Source: Candidatus Poseidoniaceae archaeon
GTDB taxonomy: Archaea; Thermoplasmatota; Poseidoniia; Poseidoniales; Poseidoniaceae
Direction: 5' to 3'
Length of the DNA stretch: 24,998 bases
Assembly: GCA_965662895.1 (NCBI GenBank)
Contig: CBFIJH010000003.1
Location: 1-24,998 of the forward strand
Under the pieces are notes generated by a model. That model was not told where the DNA came from, did no database searches, and was given only the letters and a program-made list of their open reading frames with translations. The first letter of the stretch is position 1, and each line of letters begins with the position of its first letter. The position numbers and the translations under genes were made by a program. This document shows positions 9,332-16,303 of the stretch, piece after piece.

Positions 9332-9647
9332 TTTGAGGGTCGGGTGCCGTGCGTGCAACATCAGCCTGAGCTACTGTGAAATTGCAATGACGTCTGATAC
9401 CAACGACGCGGTCCGCTATCGAAGACTGGGGGGACCCTTCGGGGAGTGAACTCCGGTGCAAAAGCGGAAACCTGGGCTGGTCTATGGGTCCTCGATCGAC
9501 TTCGGGATGAAATCGAGACAACCAACCGGCTCTACAGTACGCCCTGATACCGAGGGTCAGGCCTTCGAGGAAACAATGAACAAGGCCGTTAGGTATCAGG
9601 GCACAGCTTTTTGCACGATTCACGCAATTCGGAGCGATGCTCTCAAA
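9332..9647 (+). ncRNA. Candidate structured non-coding RNA (~316 nt), family not recognised
   Basis: About ten mutually compatible nested helices, including terminal 9332-9340/9639-9647 and a perfect 11-bp 9541-9551/9592-9602. Two C(UUCG)G loops (9437-9442, 9500-9505). G-U pairs favour the + strand. Confidence 0.65.
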
Positions 9648-9671
9648 GGCCGCACGCTCTAGCCAACCCAT

Positions 9672-10694
9672 ATGCAAGCGGACCGTTCGTTTCGTCGATG
9701 TCTCATCGGTGGAACATTCGACCGGTTTCATTCTGGACATCAGTTGTTGATTCAAACAGCATTGCGGCAAGCCGATTTCATCGAAGTTCATGTTGTTAAT
9801 GAAGAAATGGCGCAAGCGAAAGGGAACTGGGTCCAATCCCTTGATGACCGAATGGATAACTTACTGAATTGGCTCGATGATGCGGCGCATTTGCGTTATG
9901 AAGTTCATGTTCTCAACGACCCGCATGGCCCTGCACCAACACATCGAACTGCAGACAGTATAGTTGCAACGGTTGAAACAATTCCTCGCTGTCATCAAAT
10001 CAACGAGCGTCGATATGAGAACGGACTTCCACCGCTTTCGATTCTCGAAGCACCTCACCTGAACGATGAACTTGGAGGCATTTTGTCATCGAGTCGAATC
10101 CGTCTTGGCCTTATCGATCGGGAGGGGCATCCATGGATTCCACCATCCTATGAAGGAAAGGTTCTACGCATGCCCGCAGTGCTTGATGATGAATTCAAAA
10201 CCCCGATGGGCGAATTGTTTGAAGGTCCTGAAGATGCACCAGAGGTGGCACTGTCTGCAATGTTGGAAGCGCTGCCGCACAATCACGGAACCATCGTCGC
10301 AGTCGGAGATGTTACCGTCAAAGGGCTCATGGACATGGGTGTCCTTCCAGACATTGCCTTCGTTGATGGACAAACCAAACGAGAAGCATTGGATGCAGCA
10401 TTGCTTGTTCGTGGAGATGAATATCCGCTTCGCAGAAATGTTGTCAATCCACCTGGTCAGTTAACACCTGAATTGTTGGATGTCGTTCGTTGGTCACTCG
10501 AGCAAGACGAATCTGTTCTGATCGAAGTTGATGGTGAGGAAGATCTCGCCCCAATGTTCGTTCTCGCTGCTGCACCACTTGGCACAATCATCGTGTATGG
10601 GCAACCTCGCAAGGGAGTCGTTATGCGTATCTTGGATTTGGAAGCAAAGCATCGTGCACGAAATCTCCTTGTACATTTTGAGGCAGAAGAATGA
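9672..10694 (+). CDS. coaD: Fusion of archaeal phosphopantetheine adenylyltransferase (PPAT) and DUF359 GTP-dependent dephospho-CoA kinase
   Basis: N-half: GGTFDRFHSGH (HxGH) and SSSRIR. C-half: VGDVT, DGQTKR, NPPG, VDGEEDL, YGQP typical of DUF359. Confidence 0.88.
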   Translation: MQADRSFRRCLIGGTFDRFHSGHQLLIQTALRQADFIEVHVVNEEMAQAKGNWVQSLDDRMDNLLNWLDDAAHLRYEVHVLNDPHGPAPTHRTADSIVATVETIPRCHQINERRYENGLPPLSILEAPHLNDELGGILSSSRIRLGLIDREGHPWIPPSYEGKVLRMPAVLDDEFKTPMGELFEGPEDAPEVALSAMLEALPHNHGTIVAVGDVTVKGLMDMGVLPDIAFVDGQTKREALDAALLVRGDEYPLRRNVVNPPGQLTPELLDVVRWSLEQDESVLIEVDGEEDLAPMFVLAAAPLGTIIVYGQPRKGVVMRILDLEAKHRARNLLVHFEAEE

Positions 10695-11794
10695 GCGAGC
10701 CGACCCTTGTCACTGTGACCGTATGTGCACGTAACGGTGCACATTGGGTGAACGATTGTCTCGATGCTATACACGCACAAACCCATCGACCGTTGGAAAT
10801 CATTGCAGTGAACGATGGTTCAACAGATTCAACAGGGGCGCTGATGGATGAATGGAAGCAGTCGAACAGTGATTCAGATGTTGAAATTTCCATTCTCCAT
10901 CAAGATGCGATTGGTTTGTCTGCAGGCCGAATGGCTGCGCTGAATCATGCCCAAGGCGAATGGGTCGCCATCACCGACATCGATGTTCGTCCTGAACAGG
11001 ACTGGATTGAACAGTTGCTGCGTGCGAATGTTCCGGTCGGCGAAGAGAACATTGTTGCTGTAACCGGTCGAACCATTTTCCAGACGCACACGGATCTAGT
11101 CAGCCGATTTCGTGCAGTTGAAATCGCTTCAAAATACCGAAGCCGACCGAGGCGGACCTCGCTTGCAAATGGGCCATGTTCGATGTTTCATCGCCAATCC
11201 TTGCTCGATGTAGGTGGTTTTGATCCAAGCTGGTATCATGCAGAAGATATGGAAGTAAGTTTGCGGTTGTTGAATTCGGGCGGAAGTATTGTCTATGCTC
11301 CTGACGCTCTCGTTTCTCACGTTCCAGAGATTGGAATCCGCCGTTTCTTACACAAACGAAGACGCGATGCTCGTGCGCATGTTCGAATTGTTCGCCATTA
11401 CCCTTCGCGACAACGCCAAGGTCCTGGTTTTGATTTCATTGGAAGTGCAGGTATTGCATTGTCAATCTTTCCAATTACCATGTCGATGCTCCTGAGTTTC
11501 CTTCCATTGTTGCTGGAGCTCCCAAATGGGGGGTCGTTGCAGGACATGTGGCAAACCCAATTAGCACTCGGTGGATTGATGCTGGGGGTTCTCGTTGAGC
11601 TGATGTTCTGGCGAGGTCCGCTTGGAGTTATTGCTCGGAGTATCAAAACCACGAACGAAAGCGGTGGGTTGTTGCTGATTGTTTCTGTTCGAATTCTCGT
11701 TCTGCGTTGGTCGATTGCTCTATGGCAAGGACTTCTCTTGGGTTGCATGGATGCACTGTTGGCGAGAAATGGTCACAAACGATTGTTTCGTTGA
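10691..11794 (+). CDS. Glycosyltransferase family 2 with C-terminal membrane helices
   Basis: VNDGSTD, DID (DxD), GGFD, AED; hydrophobic C-terminus; ATGA overlap with the upstream gene. Confidence 0.9.
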   Translation: MSEPTLVTVTVCARNGAHWVNDCLDAIHAQTHRPLEIIAVNDGSTDSTGALMDEWKQSNSDSDVEISILHQDAIGLSAGRMAALNHAQGEWVAITDIDVRPEQDWIEQLLRANVPVGEENIVAVTGRTIFQTHTDLVSRFRAVEIASKYRSRPRRTSLANGPCSMFHRQSLLDVGGFDPSWYHAEDMEVSLRLLNSGGSIVYAPDALVSHVPEIGIRRFLHKRRRDARAHVRIVRHYPSRQRQGPGFDFIGSAGIALSIFPITMSMLLSFLPLLLELPNGGSLQDMWQTQLALGGLMLGVLVELMFWRGPLGVIARSIKTTNESGGLLLIVSVRILVLRWSIALWQGLLLGCMDALLARNGHKRLFR

Positions 11795-12379
11795 TCACAT
11801 AACGGTTTCGTCACCGGGTGGAGCCCGGCTTGCCGCATTCAATGCAAACCCAAATGCTACGAGTGTAATCGAAACGGAGTAAACACCAAGGTCAATCCAA
11901 GTCATGTACAAGACGCTGTATCCGATGTAAAATCCGAAACCGAGAACGAGACACCATGCTCCAACTGCTCGCATGATCCCACCCTCTGAGCCAACCAAGG
12001 CTGGCCAGGTATCATTGACGAAAATTGAAGTTAAAAATCCAGTAAGTCCACCTTCTACGTTTGCGTTGATTGATCGAAGACCGAGTCCGAGAAGTGCGAG
12101 ACATGCTGCGATAAAGACGCCGTCCCCGGGGACGAAGGCAGGAGCATCATCCTTGTTTCCGAATGCATCTGCAAGCGCTTCGAATGAAAGAAGGCCTCCC
12201 CAAGAGACGCGATACGTTGGGTGAATGAGTCCCATCATGTTGAGAATTGCAAGCGTAAGACCCCATGCTCCGATTGCAACGTACCACTTCGAGAGGGTTG
12301 TTGAAGGATTGATGAAGATGTCTGCCAATCCGCCAGACTCTGCTGTCTCTTCACTGCTCATGGACTTGCCGACCCCCAT
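11795..12379 (-). CDS. Hypothetical integral membrane protein (about 4 TM)
   Basis: Several long hydrophobic segments; fills the gap directly downstream of cdc6. Start could be 12361. Confidence 0.75.
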   Translation of the reverse strand: MGVGKSMSSEETAESGGLADIFINPSTTLSKWYVAIGAWGLTLAILNMMGLIHPTYRVSWGGLLSFEALADAFGNKDDAPAFVPGDGVFIAACLALLGLGLRSINANVEGGLTGFLTSIFVNDTWPALVGSEGGIMRAVGAWCLVLGFGFYIGYSVLYMTWIDLGVYSVSITLVAFGFALNAASRAPPGDETVM

Positions 12380-12400
12380 TTGCCATATAAGAACAACGAA

Positions 12401-13642
12401 TCATAGTGGCCGTTGTTGACGGTAGCGATTGTTGAATACAGTTTGCATGTTTTCGTCCGCATTGATCATGATTTCTTGCGTTTCGACGTTGCTTGGTATG
12501 CATGAATTGATTTCTTTTGAACGGCCGTATCGGCCACGGCTTCGAGTTCGTGCAGTGATCAAGCCGAGCATGTCAAGATTCGCAATGATTCCTGAGATTC
12601 GACGTTGCGTGAGCGATGGAAGGTTCAGATAGGAGCATGCCTGGTCGTAAACGTCGTACAATTGACCTGTTTGGATGTTTTTCAACCCATTTCGTTCGTT
12701 GATCAATACCGCAGCAAGAACCAGTTTCTGCTGGGTCGGTAGACCTGCAATAACAGGTTCAATCTGATCAGCCTCAATTTGATGCTGAGCCATTCGGACG
12801 TGATGCTGACCGACTTTTTTGTCGCCAAGTTGTTCAGCCTTTTCAGTTGAAACACGGAGCAAATCCAACGCACACCGCGCATCACCGTGCTCCTGTGCAG
12901 CGAATGCAGAACAGAGGGCAATCACACTTTCCGAGACCACCTCGGGTGCGATGGATTGTTCGGAGCGCTGGCGGAGAATGTCCTTGAGTTGTTCAGCATC
13001 ATATGGCGAGAAAAGGATGTCTTGTTGACCGAGACGGGAGCGAACGCGAGGGTCGAGAAATTCTGTAAATTTGAGATCGTTGGAAATACCGATGACGCAT
13101 GCACGGGCTTCGTCAAGGAAGGAATTGAGATTTGTGAGATTGTAGAGAAGGTCGTCTCCAGCCTTACGAACGAGATGGTCGATTTCGTCAAGGACGACAA
13201 CATACACGCCTTTTCGTGAGTCCATCCTTCGGACCAACTCCTTGAAGACCCGGTCTGTGGGCCATCCAGTAAATGGAATTTCATCAATCTCGTGATCTTC
13301 TAAGAGGCTATTTCCGATGTGAGAAAGGACTCGGTATTGGGTATCGATTTGGCGACAGTTGACAATAACGGGTGTAATGTCTCGCCCCATTTGTTGACCT
13401 TTTTCCTTGAGAAGATTGGTGACATGGAGTGTCACTGCTGTTTTTCCTGCTCCTGTGACACCATAAAGAATCATATTCGAAGGGATTTGTCCGTTGAGAG
13501 CCTCTACGAGATTGAATGCTATACGTTCGATTTCCTTCTCCCTGTGAGGCATCACTGCTGGTCGATGGCTGTGATGGAGAATTTCCTTGTTCGTGAATAA
13601 ACTCTGTTTGGAGAGCAAAGTATCGAAGATGTTTTTCTTCAT
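12401..13642 (-). CDS. cdc6: Orc1/Cdc6 replication initiator
   Basis: Walker A GVTGAGKT, Walker B VVLDEID, LDPRVRSRL, GDARCALDLLR, C-terminal wHTH with RGRYGR. GGAGGT SD at 13649-13654. Confidence 0.96.
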   Translation of the reverse strand: MKKNIFDTLLSKQSLFTNKEILHHSHRPAVMPHREKEIERIAFNLVEALNGQIPSNMILYGVTGAGKTAVTLHVTNLLKEKGQQMGRDITPVIVNCRQIDTQYRVLSHIGNSLLEDHEIDEIPFTGWPTDRVFKELVRRMDSRKGVYVVVLDEIDHLVRKAGDDLLYNLTNLNSFLDEARACVIGISNDLKFTEFLDPRVRSRLGQQDILFSPYDAEQLKDILRQRSEQSIAPEVVSESVIALCSAFAAQEHGDARCALDLLRVSTEKAEQLGDKKVGQHHVRMAQHQIEADQIEPVIAGLPTQQKLVLAAVLINERNGLKNIQTGQLYDVYDQACSYLNLPSLTQRRISGIIANLDMLGLITARTRSRGRYGRSKEINSCIPSNVETQEIMINADENMQTVFNNRYRQQRPL

Positions 13643-13671
13643 TTTTTGACCTCCATTATATACCTCACCTA

Positions 13672-13689
13672 CGGGAGGTTAACCTCCCG
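13672..13689. repeat. Perfect 18-bp palindrome upstream of cdc6
   Basis: CGGGAGGTTAACCTCCCG is its own reverse complement. Confidence 0.9.
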
Positions 13690-13834
13690 CAACTGGATAG
13701 TTTCTTTGAGTCCGAGTCCCCCTCATAAGGATGTCCGTTGAAAAAGTTTGAACCCCTTTATTATCGGACAAAAGTGGATTTTATTTCAGTGCAATGATTT
13801 CTGCAAAATCCCTTATTATGGATGAAAAAATAAC

Positions 13835-14629
13835 TCAATTTTTGATGGGCATCCATTCCGAATTCTGGAAAATCCACGTGTCCCCATCTTCGAGATGATG
13901 GACATTTTCCGGATGTTCTGGGATTGAATTTGTCAAAACCGGATCAAACTCCGAATTCATTGAGTCGACGAATGTATGCGTGATGAGGAGTTCAACATTT
14001 GGATGGCGTTCTGCCAACGCCTGAATATCGTCAGGTTTGTGATGATGGTCCGAAGGAACCCATTGTGGAAAGCCCATTTCAACGACCGAAATTTGTGAGC
14101 GTGCAATAGCTTGTTCCAAATTCTCACACGGTCCAGAATCTCCAGAGTGGACAAATGAGCAACCATCAGCGTGCTCGAAGCGATAGCCAAAGGGGTCCAC
14201 TGCATCATCGTGGTGCACGCGGAAACGTTCCCAATTCCATCCATCAATTGTTCCGAATTCTGTCTCAACGAACCGAACGTGGTCCAGGGCATCATCAAGG
14301 CTCCCTGGGAATGCAAGACTGCAAAGTTGACGAAGACGCTCATGAACCCCACGTGATCCTACGATGGTGAGTGGGCGTACCCCCTCACGATCGGAAATGT
14401 ATTTCTTCTCGAGGAGAAGAAACGGAAGACCAAACACGTGATCTCCATGGAGATGGGTGATGAAAATGGTCTCAATATCGGAAGGAGAAATTCCCGCACG
14501 CCGCAAACTTAGGAGAGCAGTGGGTGGCGCATCGATGATATGTTTGCCATCAAACACAAGGAATGAATGATAGCGAAGATGCGGCAGGAACGCATTCCCA
14601 GTCCCAAGCATCTTCACCTCGTGGGTCAT
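13835..14629 (-). CDS. Metallo-beta-lactamase-fold hydrolase, RNase Z-like
   Basis: LGTGNAF, THLHGDH (HxHxDH), HSGDSGPC, LLITH. GAGGAG SD before ATG 14629. Confidence 0.85.
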   Translation of the reverse strand: MTHEVKMLGTGNAFLPHLRYHSFLVFDGKHIIDAPPTALLSLRRAGISPSDIETIFITHLHGDHVFGLPFLLLEKKYISDREGVRPLTIVGSRGVHERLRQLCSLAFPGSLDDALDHVRFVETEFGTIDGWNWERFRVHHDDAVDPFGYRFEHADGCSFVHSGDSGPCENLEQAIARSQISVVEMGFPQWVPSDHHHKPDDIQALAERHPNVELLITHTFVDSMNSEFDPVLTNSIPEHPENVHHLEDGDTWIFQNSEWMPIKN

Positions 14630-14744
14630 ATGGTCTCCTCTCGAATCCACTCTTTCAACCCTATGTCGCAAGACTATGGGCGTTAGAGAATGATGATAAG
14701 TAGTCCTTAGTTGGAAAAAACGTCGCGAGACAAGAGGTGTTCAC

Positions 14745-15995
14745 GTGAGTAACTGGTCCGCAAAAAACCCTTACAGCTCCAAAATTACAGAAAACTACGT
14801 CCTCAACGGTGAAGGTTCTCGAAAAGAAACACGCCACATCGTTTTCTCCTTGGGAGATTCAGGCCTTGATTACAAAGTCGGCGATGCGCTCGGCGTCCTG
14901 CCAGAAAACCCTCCTCACATCGTTGAGGAACTCATCGAGGTCCAAGGGTGGGATCGTGATCAAACCGTTGAAACGCATAAAGGAGAAAAAGACCTCTTCA
15001 CGGCTCTCAAGAAAGACTACGAAGTTCACATGGCGAACAAGAAGTTTGTCCAATCCTTGACCGACAAGATTGTCTCATCCGGTATGTCAATCTCCATGAA
15101 CATCGTCAAGCGAAGTCGAGACAACATGGAGTGGACAAGTTCTGAAGAAGGCGACTTACCTCCTGGACTGAATTCAAGCCTTCCTTCCGACGACCCAGCA
15201 TCGAATGTCAAGGCTATCGTCGCTGATGCCAAAGCGATTGAGGATTATCTTTGGACACGCGACTATGTTGATATCATGCGAGAATTCAACGTCAAGTACT
15301 CTCCTGAAGAATTCCTCGAGTTGGCTGATCGGCTCAAGCCCCGGCTCTATTCCATTGCCTCTTCGCATGATGCGCATCCAGGTTTCGTTGAATTAACGGT
15401 TGGAATCGTACGATTCAACTACCATGACCGTCAACGAGGCGGCCTGTGCACGCAATACATGGCGGATGAGGTCGTTGTCAACCAAACCGATGTCGGCGTC
15501 TTCATGTCACCAACCAAGTCGTTTATCCTTCCAGAGGATGCAAACACCGACATCATCATGGTCGGTCCGGGTACAGGTATTGCACCGTTCCGGGCTTTCA
15601 TGGAACAGCGTGTTCATGACAAAGCACCTGGCCGTAACTGGCTCTTCTTTGGTGACCAATCGGAAAAGACTGAGTTTTACTACAAAGATCAAATCGAAGG
15701 ATGGCTTGATAGCGGAGACCTCTACAGATTTACGACCGCTTGGTCACGAGATCAAGAGGAAAAGATCTACGTTCAACACCGGCTTAAGGAGCATGGTGCT
15801 GAAGTTTGGGAGTGGTTTGAAAATGGAGCATACTTCTACATCTGTGGTGACAAGCAATACATGGCAAAAGATGTCCATCGAGCACTGATTGACATCGCTC
15901 AGGAGCACGGCGGAATGTCCGAAGCTGATGCAACCCATTTCATTGAAAAGACCATGATGAAGGAACAGAAGCGCTACCTGCGTGATGTGTACTGA
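14745..15995 (+). CDS. CysJ/cytochrome P450 reductase-like FAD/NADPH-binding oxidoreductase lacking the flavodoxin domain
   Basis: PRLYSIASS, GGLCT, MVGPGTGIAPFRAF, WLFFG, KIYVQH, YICGD, C-terminal RYLRDVY. GTG start after GAGGTG. Confidence 0.88.
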   Translation: MSNWSAKNPYSSKITENYVLNGEGSRKETRHIVFSLGDSGLDYKVGDALGVLPENPPHIVEELIEVQGWDRDQTVETHKGEKDLFTALKKDYEVHMANKKFVQSLTDKIVSSGMSISMNIVKRSRDNMEWTSSEEGDLPPGLNSSLPSDDPASNVKAIVADAKAIEDYLWTRDYVDIMREFNVKYSPEEFLELADRLKPRLYSIASSHDAHPGFVELTVGIVRFNYHDRQRGGLCTQYMADEVVVNQTDVGVFMSPTKSFILPEDANTDIIMVGPGTGIAPFRAFMEQRVHDKAPGRNWLFFGDQSEKTEFYYKDQIEGWLDSGDLYRFTTAWSRDQEEKIYVQHRLKEHGAEVWEWFENGAYFYICGDKQYMAKDVHRALIDIAQEHGGMSEADATHFIEKTMMKEQKRYLRDVY

Positions 15996-15996
15996 T

Positions 15997-16251
15997 TTAC
16001 TCAACATCATCAATGTGGAACGCCCACAAAGACTGCAGTTGTCCATCAATGATTTGTTTCTCAACGCATGTTACAAACGGAGATTTTCGTAACGCTCTTG
16101 ATAGGATGTGGGCTTGTACAGGGCGACCTTCTTGTTTGAGCGCTTGAATAATCGCTCGGGTTGTTTGCGGACCGTGCACTCTCAGATAACCAACGATCCA
16201 GTCTGCATGCTCACGTTGCAAGCGACGCTCTTCAGTCCATCGCTTGCGCAT
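15997..16251 (-). CDS. Small hypothetical winged-helix-like protein
   Basis: 84-aa ORF filling the gap between convergent and divergent neighbours; GPQTTRAIIQAL...ILSRALRK...LWAF helix/wing pattern. Confidence 0.65.
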   Translation of the reverse strand: MRKRWTEERRLQREHADWIVGYLRVHGPQTTRAIIQALKQEGRPVQAHILSRALRKSPFVTCVEKQIIDGQLQSLWAFHIDDVE

Positions 16252-16265
16252 GCACCACGATATCG

Positions 16266-16287
16266 AAACACCTGTTTAAACACCTGT
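16266..16287. promoter_or_regulatory. Tandem direct repeat AAACACCTGT x2 overlapping a central TTTAAA in a divergent promoter
   Basis: Exact 10-mers at 16266-16275 and 16278-16287; palindromic TGTTTAAACA at 16273-16282. Confidence 0.55.
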
Positions 16288-16303
16288 GATTGAAGAATAC
16301 ACT

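Noticed and set aside
9342-9470. TPP, SAM-I or cobalamin riboswitch fragments (GGGTGC...CTGAG; CTATCGAAGA; CCGGTGCAAA)
   Set aside because: Only isolated words match; the remaining conserved cores and spacings are missing.
9444-9534. RNase P RNA-like words GAGTGAACTCCGG (CR-I-like) and ACAACCAACCGGCTCTA (CR-V-like)
   Set aside because: They are only ~75 nt apart, are not adjacent to the terminal helix, and both sit in other good local helices. The topology does not fit RNase P RNA.
9332-9647. Identification of the structured region as SRP (7S) RNA
   Set aside because: Size fits and GTCAGGCC (9556-9563) resembles the helix-8 5' strand, but the GNRA-capped short stem and the opposing AGCA are absent on both strands. 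Not called, though a cmscan is needed to exclude it.
9225-9836. 203-aa minus-strand ORF (and 68-aa plus-strand ORF 9456-9662) across the structured gap
   Set aside because: The long ORF overlaps two well-supported genes in antisense, and neither ORF has recognisable motifs. RNA structure explains the region better.
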